Of a stretch of 64,000 nt of DNA, positions 32,729-43,708 are shown piece after piece. The stretch is taken from the NCBI GenBank assembly GCA_963748015.1, contig CAVVHE010000004.1, positions 64,001 through 128,000 on the forward strand. The letters are read 5' to 3'. How positions within the stretch are numbered: position 1 is the stretch's first letter; each line of letters opens with the position of its first letter. The notes under the pieces are model-generated. The model did no database searches, was not told the origin of the DNA, and saw nothing but the letters and a program-made list of their open reading frames with translations. Source of the DNA: Terriglobia bacterium. GTDB lineage: Bacteria; Acidobacteriota; Polarisedimenticolia; Polarisedimenticolales; JAIQFR01. Both the position numbers and the translations under genes were made by a program.

Positions 32729-32917
32729 CTCGGCTCTCGCCCGTGGCTCCCCTTGCGGCTCCTGTCCGGAGCGACGGGGACCCCTACACGGCCGCGCGAA
32801 GGACCGAGCGCGATGGCGCTAGGGTCCGCGCCATCGCGTTTGCTCGGTTCGAGCGCGGCCGATGTGGGTCGTCGCGGGGGACCGGAGCCGCAAGGGGAGC
32901 CACCGGCGAGAGCCGAG
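32729..32917 (+). repeat. Rod-like palindromic element family A, copy 2
   Basis: 34-bp IR with one mismatch, 32729-32762/32884-32917; core nearly identical to copy 1 with compensatory changes. Confidence 0.85.
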
Positions 32918-33076
32918 CGCACGGCTGCCGAGAGACCGTTGCCGGATGCAGACGGCACTCGAAATGGATCGTGAAGGGCCGGGTCCGCACTTTCCTGCGT
33001 GTCGTGCTACGCTGACGGATTCCCGCAGGACGAGTTGGGCGACGGCGTCGCCCGAAACGCGAAAAGGAGAGGCAGC

Positions 33077-33577
33077 ATGGCGACCGTGACGCTGAAGGGC
33101 AACCCGATTCAGACCATCGGCAATTTGCCGGCCGTGGGCAGCCACGCCCCCGACTTCCGGCTGGCCGGCGGCGACCTCAAGGACGCAACCCTCGCGACCT
33201 TCAAGGGCAAGAAGAAGGTCCTGAACATCGTTCCCAGCCTCGATACCGCGGTCTGCGCGACCTCGACCCGGAAGTTCAACGAGAAGGCCGGGAGCCACCC
33301 GGACACGGTGGTCCTGATCGTGTCGGCGGACCTCCCGTTCGCGTCCAAGCGGTTCTGCACGGCCGAGGGTCTCGAGAACGTGGTGCCGCTGTCGCTGATG
33401 CGCGGCCGGGACTTCGCCAAGGCCTACGGCGTCCTGATCACCGACGGGCCGCTCGAGGGAGTCACCGCGCGCGCCGTCGTGGTGCTCGACGCGGGCGACA
33501 AGGTCGTCTACACCGAGCTGGTCCCCGAGATCACGCAGGAGCCGAACTACGACGCGGCCCTCGCGGCGCTGAAGTAG
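33077..33577 (+). CDS. tpx: Thiol peroxidase (atypical 2-Cys peroxiredoxin)
   Basis: [39 protein letters not shown]. Confidence 0.96.
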   Translation: MATVTLKGNPIQTIGNLPAVGSHAPDFRLAGGDLKDATLATFKGKKKVLNIVPSLDTAVCATSTRKFNEKAGSHPDTVVLIVSADLPFASKRFCTAEGLENVVPLSLMRGRDFAKAYGVLITDGPLEGVTARAVVVLDAGDKVVYTELVPEITQEPNYDAALAALK

Positions 33578-33600
33578 GCGGCGGGCCCGGGCGCGAGCGC

Positions 33601-33629
33601 CAGGCGCGGGGCGGCCGCCCCCGCGCTTG
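33601..33629. terminator. Hairpin between convergent tpx and mscS
   Basis: GCGCGGGG/CCCCGCGC stem; no clear U-tract. Confidence 0.45.
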
Positions 33630-33640
33630 GCCCTCCGGCG

Positions 33641-34540
33641 TCAGGGCGCGGCGCCGTTTCCCGCCTTCCCGCCCTGCAACCCTTCCGCCGCCTTCCCGTG
33701 GAGCTCTATGGTCACGTGGCGGAACGGGATCTCGATCCCGCTCTCGTCGAACGCCTTCTTGACCCGGGCTCGCACCTCGCGCGCCACGTCCCACCTCTCC
33801 TGCGGCAGGGTGCGGACGCTCATCCTCACGACCACCGCCCACTCGCCAAAGGTCTCGATCCCCGGGTACTCGAACTTCTGAAGCAGCTTCTTTCCGAAGA
33901 CCGGGTCTTGTTCGAGGCCGTCGCCGACGCGCCTGAGCACCGAAAGCACGCGATCCATGTCCTCGCCGTACGGCACGCCGACGTCGAGCACCGCGACCGA
34001 CCACTCCCTGGTGTAATTCGTCACGACCGAGATGGCGCCGTTCGGGATGACGTGGACGCGTCCCTCGGCGTCGCGCAGCAGGGTCGTCCTGAGGTTGATC
34101 GCCTCCACCTTGCCGCTGACGCCGGCGACGCCGATGACGTCGTGGACCCTGAATTGGTTCTCGAGGAGGATGAAGAAGCCGCCGATCACGTCCTTCACGA
34201 GCGTCTGGGCGCCCAACCCCACCGCGATGCCGGCGATGCCGGCGCCCGCCAGGATCGGCCCGATGGAGATCCCCAGCTCGCTCAGGACGAGCATCGCCGC
34301 CGTGCCCCAGACGAAGACCCCGATCGCCTGGCGCAGGATCCGCCCCAAAGTCGCGGCGCGCTTCTCGAGCTCGGACTGGGTCGCGGGATCGCCGTCGTCC
34401 GCGAGCTTCTCGAGGCGCCGGACGAGCTTGTTCAGCAGCTTGATCGTGACGTAGGCGGCCACCGGGATCAGGACGATCCGGAAGGCGTTCGGCACGTGGG
34501 CCGCGCCCCATTCCGTCAGCCGGGCCACGACAGGTTGCAC
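33641..34540 (-). CDS. Small-conductance mechanosensitive channel (MscS family)
   Basis: ILAGAGIAGIAVGLGAQTLVKD, GKVEAINLRTT, IPNG, GIEIPF. Confidence 0.93.
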   Translation of the reverse strand: MQPVVARLTEWGAAHVPNAFRIVLIPVAAYVTIKLLNKLVRRLEKLADDGDPATQSELEKRAATLGRILRQAIGVFVWGTAAMLVLSELGISIGPILAGAGIAGIAVGLGAQTLVKDVIGGFFILLENQFRVHDVIGVAGVSGKVEAINLRTTLLRDAEGRVHVIPNGAISVVTNYTREWSVAVLDVGVPYGEDMDRVLSVLRRVGDGLEQDPVFGKKLLQKFEYPGIETFGEWAVVVRMSVRTLPQERWDVAREVRARVKKAFDESGIEIPFRHVTIELHGKAAEGLQGGKAGNGAAP

Positions 34541-34562
34541 GGCAGGTTCCTCCGGGAGCGTC

Positions 34563-35447
34563 TTAACCGCGGTCGGCCCCGCGGGAAGGAAGAAACGGGG
34601 CCAGGCCTTCGCGGAAGGACGGCCAGGCGAGGGTCAGTCCCAGCTCGGATCGCGTCGAAGCGCCCAGGATCCTGCGGTTCGCTCCGCGCCGCCCGCCGGG
34701 GAACGGGGCGCTCGCTTCCGGGTACCGCGGCGCCGGAATACCGAGGCGCGCGGCGATCCACTCGATCACCTCGGCCCGGGGGGCCGGGTGCGCGTCGGTC
34801 GCGTGGTAGATCCCGCCCGGACGCCCCCGGTCCATCGCGGCGATCACGGTCGCGACCGCGTCGTCGAGATGGCAGAAGTTCATGAAGACGCCGTCGCCGG
34901 GGCCGAGCGCGAGAACGCCCCGGCGGACGCGGTCGATCGTTCCCGTCCGGCCCGGACCGTACAGGCCGCTCAGACGGACGATCCGGGAGGGGAGGCCGGA
35001 TGCCGCGGCGTCGAGGACGAGCCGCTCCGCCTCCCCCAGGACCTCGGCCGAATCCCCCGCGGGGGAGGGTGGCGTCGCCTCGTCTACCTCGCCGCCGTCC
35101 CGCTGGCCGAAGACCCCCGTCGAGCCGGTGTACACGAAGGACCGGACCGGAAGGCTTCGCGAGGCCTCGAGGAGATTCGCGGTCGCCTCGACGTACGCGG
35201 CGCGATAGGCCTCGCGCGAGTCGTCGTGGGCGGACTGGCAGGCGACGATGGCCTCGACGTCCGGCGGGATCGAGGCCGCTTGGCGAGGGTCGCCGAGATC
35301 CGCGATCAGGGGCTCGATCCCGAGGAAACGGAGCTCGGCCGCGGCGGCCGGATTCCGGCGCACGCCGGTCACGCGGTCCCCACGCGCCACCAGCGCTTGC
35401 CCCAGCGCCTTGCCGAGCCACCCGCATCCTGCGATCAGTATCTTCAT
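34563..35447 (-). CDS. NAD-dependent epimerase/dehydratase (atypical SDR)
   Basis: MKILIAGCGWLG, YTGSTGVFG, RLSGLYGPGR. Confidence 0.88.
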   Translation of the reverse strand: MKILIAGCGWLGKALGQALVARGDRVTGVRRNPAAAAELRFLGIEPLIADLGDPRQAASIPPDVEAIVACQSAHDDSREAYRAAYVEATANLLEASRSLPVRSFVYTGSTGVFGQRDGGEVDEATPPSPAGDSAEVLGEAERLVLDAAASGLPSRIVRLSGLYGPGRTGTIDRVRRGVLALGPGDGVFMNFCHLDDAVATVIAAMDRGRPGGIYHATDAHPAPRAEVIEWIAARLGIPAPRYPEASAPFPGGRRGANRRILGASTRSELGLTLAWPSFREGLAPFLPSRGADRG

Positions 35448-35537
35448 CGTCAGGAGCCCGTCCGGGCCGAGAGCGTCCGGAGACGGCCCTTTTTCGGGCC
35501 GGCGAGGACGCTCTCGGCCCGGACGGGCTCCTGACGA
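35447..35537. repeat. Hairpin element family B, copy 2
   Basis: Perfect 32-bp IR 35447-35478/35506-35537 around a 27-nt apex 23/27 identical to 17732-17758. Confidence 0.8.
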
Positions 35538-35555
35538 GGGTAGCACGCGGCCGAG

Positions 35556-36194
35556 GTGACGAAACGCCCCGCCGGGCCTATGCTTCTCCTGACAGGGAGG
35601 CGTCTCGTGAGGCGTTTTGCGGCGGTCGCGGCGGTGCTCGCGCTGGCGGCGACGGCGGCGCGGGCCGGCGCGGACCTCGTGCTCCTCGACGGCAAGCTGC
35701 TCCAGGGGCGCTCGGTCGAGCGGAAGGAGGGCGCCTACCTCCTCACGACGAGCTTCGGCAACGTGATCACGGTGCCCGTGGAGCTGGTCAAGGAGATGCG
35801 GCTGACCGGCGGCGATGCCGCGCCCCCCACCGGCCTGGTCTTCTCGGCGCCGAGGACCCTCGCGGGGCCGGAGTTGGTTATTCCCGGCCGGCGCGAGCAG
35901 CTCGCGGCGTTCGGCCGCCCGCCGGCGCTCTTCCAGGGGTCGCCGATGACCGGGCGATGGTATCCGCGGGACGCGTTCGAGGGGAAGGACGCGACGAACT
36001 TCAACCCCGTCACGTGGGCGAAGACGACGATCGATCCCGTGTGGTGGCCGGTGCCGGGGTTCTCCAAGACGACCGAGGTCACCGGGTTCCGTCCCGCCCG
36101 GTGGTTCCGCGCCTCGATCGATCCCGTCTGGCGGCCCCGAGACGGGTTCGCCCCCCGCGAGTGGCTCGCCCCGGTCGTCAAGCCCCGCGAATAG
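35556..36194 (+). CDS. Secreted hypothetical protein
   Basis: Signal peptide ending ARAGA-D; Trp/Pro-rich C-terminus; start may be GTG at 35607. Confidence 0.6.
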   Translation: MTKRPAGPMLLLTGRRLVRRFAAVAAVLALAATAARAGADLVLLDGKLLQGRSVERKEGAYLLTTSFGNVITVPVELVKEMRLTGGDAAPPTGLVFSAPRTLAGPELVIPGRREQLAAFGRPPALFQGSPMTGRWYPRDAFEGKDATNFNPVTWAKTTIDPVWWPVPGFSKTTEVTGFRPARWFRASIDPVWRPRDGFAPREWLAPVVKPRE

Positions 36195-36260
36195 TCCCCT
36201 TCGTTCGGGCCGGCCTGGGCGCTCTGGGCTACAATCACCCGCTCCCGGAGGTGCGACCGC

Positions 36261-37256
36261 GTGAATTTCGCCATCGAGGCCTTCCAGATCGAGAAGACCT
36301 TCGTCAAGAAGCGGTCGGTCAACGAGCTCTTCAAGCATCCCTTCCGCCGCGCGGAGCGGATCCAGGCCCTTCGCGGCGTGGACCTCCACGTTCAGAAGGG
36401 CGAAATCTTCGGCCTTCTGGGACCGAACGGCGCCGGGAAGACCACCCTCCTCAAGATCCTGTCGTGTCTGGTCCTCCCCGATCGCGGCAGGGCGGTGGTC
36501 GCCGGCGAGGACGTGGTCCACGAGGGGAAGGTCAAGCCGAAGATCGGCCTCGTCCACACCGACGAGCGGTCGTTCTACTGGAGACTGTCGGGCCGCGAGA
36601 ACCTGGACTTCTTCTCACAACTCTACGACGTCCCCAGAAGGCGCAGCAAGGCACGGATCAACGAGCTGCTCGAGCGGGTGGACATGGTGGAGCCCGCCGA
36701 CCGGCGGTTCGCGGACTACTCGTCCGGCATGAAGCAGCGGCTCGCCATCGCCCGGGCGCTCCTGCACGATCCCCCGATCCTGCTGATGGACGAGCCGACG
36801 CGGAGCCTCGATCCGGCCTCCGCGATGGCGCTGCGGACCTTCATCCGCGACGAGCTGAAGGCGCGCGACGGCAAGACGGTCCTCCTCGCGACCCACAACC
36901 TGCGCGAGGCCGAGACGATGTGCGATCGGGTGGCGATCCTGGTGAAGGGGAAGGTTCGGGAGATCGGCACCGTCGAGGAGGTCCGGCGCTGGGGGATCAA
37001 CGATCGGCGGTTCCGCCTCGAGGTGGCCGGCTGGCCGGCCGAGGCGTCCGGGCCGTTCCACGTGGTGTCCGACGAGCCGCTCAACGGAATCCGGCGGGTC
37101 ACCGTCGCCCTCGACGGCGACGCTCGTCTCGACGACGTGCTGCGCGTTCTCCTTTCGGCCGGCGCCGTCGTTCACGCCTGCGACCGGGTCGAGCCGGACC
37201 TCGAGGATGCGTTCTCGCGCATCCTGCAGAGCGAGGCGGCGGGGGAGAAATCGTGA
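36261..37256 (+). CDS. ABC transporter ATP-binding protein
   Basis: GPNGAGKT, YSSGMKQR, LLMDEP, H-loop. Confidence 0.95.
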   Translation: MNFAIEAFQIEKTFVKKRSVNELFKHPFRRAERIQALRGVDLHVQKGEIFGLLGPNGAGKTTLLKILSCLVLPDRGRAVVAGEDVVHEGKVKPKIGLVHTDERSFYWRLSGRENLDFFSQLYDVPRRRSKARINELLERVDMVEPADRRFADYSSGMKQRLAIARALLHDPPILLMDEPTRSLDPASAMALRTFIRDELKARDGKTVLLATHNLREAETMCDRVAILVKGKVREIGTVEEVRRWGINDRRFRLEVAGWPAEASGPFHVVSDEPLNGIRRVTVALDGDARLDDVLRVLLSAGAVVHACDRVEPDLEDAFSRILQSEAAGEKS

Positions 37257-38059
37257 TCCGCAGCCTCGGCAAGCTCCTGGCCTTCCTGAAGCGGGACTTC
37301 CAATCGGAGGTCTCGTACCGGATCGCGTTCCTGTTCCAGGTGGGGGGGATGCTGTTCTCGGTCGCGGCGTTCTACTTCTTCTCGAAGATGATGAACCCGA
37401 AGACCGAAGGGCTCGACGGGATGGATCCCTTCCCCTGGATGCTCGTCGGGCTGGCCTTCCAGTACTACTTTTCCACCGCGCTGTACGCGTTCTCCGCGAA
37501 GATGCGGAGCGAGCAGATGCTGGGAACGCTCGAGGCGATGCTGGTCTCGCCGACGCCGACCTCGATCGTGATCTTCTCGGAGGCTGCCTGGGATTTCGCC
37601 TACGGGGCGATCCGCGTGGCCGTCTACCTGCTCGTCGCGACCCTGATCTTCGGCGTCAAGCTGCACCTGAACAGCCTGGGAACGCTCGCGGCGGGCGTCC
37701 TCCTCACCCTACTGTCGTCCGCGGGGCTGGGGATCCTCTCGGCCTCCTTCATTCTCTACTTCAAGCGCGGCGACCCGATCAACTTCTTCCTCTCGGCGCT
37801 GACGACGTTCTTCGGCAACGTGTTCTTCCCGTCGAAGCTCCTTCCCGCCTCCCTCCACTGGGTGTCCGGCCTGCTGCCGATCACCTGGTCCCTCGAGATC
37901 GTCCGCGGGTCGCTCCTCCAGGGGAAGACCTTCACGGACCTGCGGCAGGACCTCGTGAACCTCGCGATCCTCACCGTGATCCTGCTCCCCCTCGGGCTGT
38001 TCTTCTCCCGGATCGCGATCCGGAAGGCCAAGCGGGACGGTTCGCTCGTCCAGTATTGA
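37253..38059 (+). CDS. ABC-2 type permease
   Basis: Six TM segments; EQMLGTLEAML; GTGA overlap with the ATPase gene. Confidence 0.9.
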   Translation: MIRSLGKLLAFLKRDFQSEVSYRIAFLFQVGGMLFSVAAFYFFSKMMNPKTEGLDGMDPFPWMLVGLAFQYYFSTALYAFSAKMRSEQMLGTLEAMLVSPTPTSIVIFSEAAWDFAYGAIRVAVYLLVATLIFGVKLHLNSLGTLAAGVLLTLLSSAGLGILSASFILYFKRGDPINFFLSALTTFFGNVFFPSKLLPASLHWVSGLLPITWSLEIVRGSLLQGKTFTDLRQDLVNLAILTVILLPLGLFFSRIAIRKAKRDGSLVQY

Positions 38060-38162
38060 CGCCCCGCGGCGGCCCCCCTCGCGGCATGGGCGAACTCCGG
38101 CCGATTTCCGCTAGAATGCCCCCCTTCGGGTTTCGTCAAAAAACCGCAACGAGGAGGAGACC

Positions 38163-39404
<1,242 letters not shown>

Positions 39405-39453
39405 GCGGGGAAGCGGCGTTCGCGGCAGCGCCGCGGAACGGAAGCCACACGCC

Positions 39454-40380
39454 ATGAGGAAGAAGATCGCCGTGATCGGCGGCGGGTACGTCGGCGAGCA
39501 CGTGGCCGCCGCCTGCGCCCAGAGGGAGTTGGGGGACCTGGTCCTCCTGGACGTCCTCGAGGGAATACCGCAGGGGAAGGCCCTCGACCTGTTCGAGTCG
39601 AGCCCCGTGTTCGGCTTCGACTCGATGGTGAGGGGGACGACCGCCTACCACGACACCCGGGACTCGGACATCGTCGTGATCACCGCCGGGCTCGGGCGCA
39701 AGCCCGGTATGAGCCCCGACGACCTCCTCCGCAAGAACGCGGAGATCGTCCAGTCGTGCGCCGAGCAGGTCAGGACCACTTCGCCCGGGGCGCTCGTCAT
39801 CGTCGTCTCGGATCCGCTCGACGCCATGGCGTACGTGGCGAAGGCGGTGACCGGCTTCCCGAGGGAGCGGGTCGTCGGGATGGCCGGGATCCTCGACACG
39901 GCGCGGTTCCGCGCCTTCATCGCCATGGAGCTCGACGTTTCGGTCGAGAGCGTCCAGGCGCTGGTGCTCGGCGGCCAGGGCGACTCGATGGTGCCGCTCC
40001 CGCGCCTGGCTACGGTGGGCGGGATCCCCCTCGCGGAGCTGCTCTCCGCCGAGAGGATCGACGGGCTGGTGAAGCGCACCGTCGGCGGCGGCGGCGAGAT
40101 CGTCGCGCTCCTCAAGACCGGGTCGGCCTACCACGCCCCCGGCGCCGCGGTCGTCGAGATGGTCGAGTCCGTCGTGAAGGACAAGAGGAAGATCCTTCCC
40201 TGTTCCGCCTGGCTCGAGGGGGAATACGGGATCGACGGCGTTTTCGTGGGCGTTCCGGTGCTGCTCGGCGCGAACGGGATGGAGCGCGTCGTCGAGGTGC
40301 GGCTCGAGGCCGGCGAGCTCGAGGCCCTGCGGACCTCGGCCGGGCGCGTGAAGGCGACCCAGGCTCGGCTGAAGCTCTGA
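39454..40380 (+). CDS. Malate dehydrogenase-like protein with substituted catalytic residues
   Basis: LDH/MDH fold (GKALD, LDTARF) but [15 protein letters not shown] and GGQGD. Confidence 0.85.
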   Translation: MRKKIAVIGGGYVGEHVAAACAQRELGDLVLLDVLEGIPQGKALDLFESSPVFGFDSMVRGTTAYHDTRDSDIVVITAGLGRKPGMSPDDLLRKNAEIVQSCAEQVRTTSPGALVIVVSDPLDAMAYVAKAVTGFPRERVVGMAGILDTARFRAFIAMELDVSVESVQALVLGGQGDSMVPLPRLATVGGIPLAELLSAERIDGLVKRTVGGGGEIVALLKTGSAYHAPGAAVVEMVESVVKDKRKILPCSAWLEGEYGIDGVFVGVPVLLGANGMERVVEVRLEAGELEALRTSAGRVKATQARLKL

Positions 40381-40486
40381 ATCGAGACGGGGCCGGCCGT
40401 TTCCGATGCTGCGCGCCCCCGGGCGGGCGAGGTACACTGCGCCTTCGCGCCCGGGACGAAAACGTGCCCGGCCGCCAGAGGTCGCC

Positions 40487-42625
40487 ATGACGTGCCCGCG
40501 CCGGGTTCTCCTCTCCCTGGTTCTTGCCGCCGTATCCGCGGTGGTCGTCGCTGCCGAGACGCCGGCCGCTCCGGCCGCGCCATCGCTCCGGATCGCGGCG
40601 AAGCTCACCCCCGACGCGCACCGGATCGAGGCGACGGCTTCCATGGAGCTCCGGGACATGGGGCCGAACGAGCCGGTGTTCGAGCTCCACCCGGGACTCA
40701 CCGTTCGCGAGATCCTCGTGGACGGCGACCCGGTGCCGGTCGACGTCACCACGCAGGCCGGAAAGGGAGGGAGGGCGCGCGTGGCGGTGCGGCTGGCGGC
40801 CGCGCGCCCGGGCAGCCACCGCTACGACGTGCGCTACGACGGCGCGATCTTCGACCCGCCGAGCGTCGCTCAGTTCTCCCGCGAGCGGATCGCCGACCAG
40901 AGCGAGGGGACCATCCAGGCCGAAGGGGTGTTCCTGGCGCCGACTTCCGCCTGGTACCCGCGGCCCTCAGTCGCGCCGGCGGGCACCGCGCGGGTCGAGG
41001 TGAGCCTTCCCCCGGGCTGGGAGGCGGTCACCGAGGGGAGCCTGAAGACCCGCGAGGAGACCCCCTCGGGAACGAAGACGGTGTTCGAGGGGAGGCTGCC
41101 CAAGGACGGGCTCAACCTCGCCGCGGGTACCTGGAAGCGAATCGAGCGCGACCACCGCGGGATCAAGGTCGCGGCGTACCTGTTCCCCGACGACACCGAC
41201 CTCGCCGAGCCTTACCTCTCCGCCGTCGAGCGCTACCTCGACATGTACTCCGAGTGGCTCGGCCCCTACGCCTACGACCGCTTCACGGTCGTGGAGAACT
41301 TCTTCCCGACCGGCTACGGGATGCCCGGCTTCACGCTTCTCGGCCGCGAGGTGATGCGCCTGCCGTTCATCATCGGCACGTCGCTCGGGCACGAGGTCGC
41401 CCACAACTGGTGGGGGAACGGCGTGTTCGTGGACGAGTCGGGCGGGAACTGGTGCGAGGGGCTGACGACCTACGTCGCGGACTACCACTACAAGGAGCTG
41501 GAGAGCCCCGCGGCCGCCGCGGAGTACCGCCGCGAGGCCGCGCGCGATTTCACGAACTACGCCTCGGAGCCCGGGCGGGATTTCCCGCTCACCGGCTTCA
41601 CCGAGCGCTCGACCCCCGCGACACGCGCGATCGGCTACGGGAAGTCCATGATGGTTTTCCAGATGGTCGAGCAGCGGATCGGGAAGGCGAAGTTCGACGC
41701 GGCGCTCCGCCGGGTCTACCGCGAGCGGTTGTTCGGCTCGGCGTCGTGGGACACCTGGCGCGAGGCGTTCTCGCGCGAGGCGGGGCAGGACCTCGCCCCG
41801 TTCTTCGATGCCTGGGTGAAACGGCCGGGTGCGCCGCGGCTGACGCTCGCGGGCGCGGCCGTGGCGGAGGAGCGCGACGGGAGCGAGGTCCGCTTCAAGG
41901 TGACCGGCCGGCTCGCGCAGGAAGGCGGGACCTGGCCCGCCCGCGTTCCCGTGCTGCTGGAGGGCGGGGGCAAGGTCGAGCGCGGCGTCGTGGACATCGT
42001 CAAGGCGGGCGCGGAATTCGAGCTGTCGCCGCCGTTCCGGCCGGAAGTCCTCCGCGTGGACCCGGACCAGAACGTGTTTCGCCGGCTCGATCCGGCGGAG
42101 ATCCCGCCGGTGCTCTCGCTGCTCCTCGGCGATCCCAAGACGCTGTTCGTCGTGGACGACGCCGCGGGGGCGGACGCGGTGAAGGCGTACCGCGAGATGG
42201 CCGCCACCCTGACGCGGACGGGGGAGGGGGAGGTGGTGGATGCTTCGGCCGTGAAGCCCGACGCTCTTACCGGGCGGGCGGTGTTCCTCCTGGGGCTCCC
42301 TTCCGGAGACGTCTTCAAGCCGTTGCTGGGCGCGCTCCCGAAGGAAGTCGAGGTCGCCCCGTCGCGTTTCGCGGCGCAGGGAACCGAGTACAAGCAGGAA
42401 GGGGCGGCGCTTCTCGCGGTGGGCCGAAAGCCCGACGACCCGGCCCGGGGCGTGGGCGTGTTCGCAGGCCTGTCGCCCGAGGCGATCAAGGCCGCCGGCA
42501 GGAAGCTCGTCCACTACGGGAAGTACTCGTACCTCGTCTTCGTGGACGGGACCAACAAGGCCAAGGGGGTGGCGCGGGTGGACGGCGGCCCGTTGGTGGT
42601 ACGATTCGACAAGACGACGAAATAA
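40487..42625 (+). CDS. Secreted M1-family zinc aminopeptidase-like protein
   Basis: Signal peptide; HEVAH..WCEG (HExxH-18-E); YGKSMMVF. Confidence 0.85.
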   Translation: MTCPRRVLLSLVLAAVSAVVVAAETPAAPAAPSLRIAAKLTPDAHRIEATASMELRDMGPNEPVFELHPGLTVREILVDGDPVPVDVTTQAGKGGRARVAVRLAAARPGSHRYDVRYDGAIFDPPSVAQFSRERIADQSEGTIQAEGVFLAPTSAWYPRPSVAPAGTARVEVSLPPGWEAVTEGSLKTREETPSGTKTVFEGRLPKDGLNLAAGTWKRIERDHRGIKVAAYLFPDDTDLAEPYLSAVERYLDMYSEWLGPYAYDRFTVVENFFPTGYGMPGFTLLGREVMRLPFIIGTSLGHEVAHNWWGNGVFVDESGGNWCEGLTTYVADYHYKELESPAAAAEYRREAARDFTNYASEPGRDFPLTGFTERSTPATRAIGYGKSMMVFQMVEQRIGKAKFDAALRRVYRERLFGSASWDTWREAFSREAGQDLAPFFDAWVKRPGAPRLTLAGAAVAEERDGSEVRFKVTGRLAQEGGTWPARVPVLLEGGGKVERGVVDIVKAGAEFELSPPFRPEVLRVDPDQNVFRRLDPAEIPPVLSLLLGDPKTLFVVDDAAGADAVKAYREMAATLTRTGEGEVVDASAVKPDALTGRAVFLLGLPSGDVFKPLLGALPKEVEVAPSRFAAQGTEYKQEGAALLAVGRKPDDPARGVGVFAGLSPEAIKAAGRKLVHYGKYSYLVFVDGTNKAKGVARVDGGPLVVRFDKTTK

Positions 42626-42673
42626 TCTTGGGACGGTAACGGGGGCGCCGAGCCTGCGGCGCGAGGAGGAGAC

Positions 42674-43627
42674 ATGCTCTCGAAGATCGGGGTCATCGGC
42701 GGCGGAAACATCGGCGGCGTTCTGGTTCAAGAGATCGCCCGCAGGGGGCTCGCGCGTTCCGTGGGACTCGTGGACATCGTGCCGCCCGACCTCGCCAAGG
42801 GGAAAGCTCTCGACATCGCGGAGGGGACGCCCATCCTGCGCGCGGACGTCAGGTTCGACGCGGGAAAGGAATACGACGTCCTCGCGGGCTCCGAGATCGT
42901 CATCAACACCGCCGGGGTTCCGCGCAAGCCGCGTCCGGACGGGACGGTTCCCTCGCGGGAAGAGCTGCTGGCGACGAATCTCAAGATCACGGACGCGGTC
43001 GCCGAGGGCATCTCCAAGTTCTGCCCCGGGGCCACGGTCATTTCGATCGCCAACCCGCTCGACGCGATCGTCTACCGGCTGTACAAGAAGCTCTCCCCGC
43101 CGAAGGCCAAGATCATGGGGATGGCGGGGGTGCTCGACTCGGCCCGCTACCGGTACTTCGTCTCGCAGGCGGCGGGGGTCAGCGTGACCAGCGTCGAGGC
43201 GCTCGTGCTGGGTGGCCACGGCGACGACATGGTGCCCGTCCGCTCGTGTTGCCGCGTGGCCGGGATGCCGGTCGAGAAGTTCGTCTCGGGCGAGACCCTG
43301 GACGCGATCGAGAAGCGGACCCGCGGCGCCGGCGGCGAGGTGGTCAAGCTCCTCGGGGTGGGGTCCGCGTTCGCCTCTCCCGCCTGGGCCGCCCTCGAGA
43401 TGGCCGAGGCGATCGTGTTCGACCAGAAGAAGATCCTCCCGGTCGCCGCGCTGCTGAACGGCGAGTACGGCGTCAAGGGGCTGTTCCTGGGCGTTCCGTG
43501 CGTGCTCGGCGCGGGCGGGATCGAGAAGATCATCGAGGTGGACCTGAACGACGCCGAGAAGGCGATGTTCAAGAAGTCGGTCGACTCCGTGGCCGGCTCG
43601 GCCGCCGAAGTGGACAAGATGGCGTGA
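42674..43627 (+). CDS. mdh: Malate dehydrogenase (LDH-like type) with extended specificity loop
   Basis: GGGNIG, PRKPRPDGTVPSREELL, IANPLD, LDSAR, GGHGD. Confidence 0.9.
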   Translation: MLSKIGVIGGGNIGGVLVQEIARRGLARSVGLVDIVPPDLAKGKALDIAEGTPILRADVRFDAGKEYDVLAGSEIVINTAGVPRKPRPDGTVPSREELLATNLKITDAVAEGISKFCPGATVISIANPLDAIVYRLYKKLSPPKAKIMGMAGVLDSARYRYFVSQAAGVSVTSVEALVLGGHGDDMVPVRSCCRVAGMPVEKFVSGETLDAIEKRTRGAGGEVVKLLGVGSAFASPAWAALEMAEAIVFDQKKILPVAALLNGEYGVKGLFLGVPCVLGAGGIEKIIEVDLNDAEKAMFKKSVDSVAGSAAEVDKMA

Positions 43628-43636
43628 GTTTCGGGT

Positions 43637-43671
43637 CGCGCTGCCGCCGGGCGAAACCCGGCGGCAGCGCG
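43637..43671. terminator. 15-bp hairpin between convergent genes, probable terminator
   Basis: CGCGCTGCCGCCGGG-CGAAA-CCCGGCGGCAGCGCG. Confidence 0.65.
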
Positions 43672-43708
43672 GTCTCGACGCGCGCGAAGGGAATCGCCGC
43701 TCCCCGCC

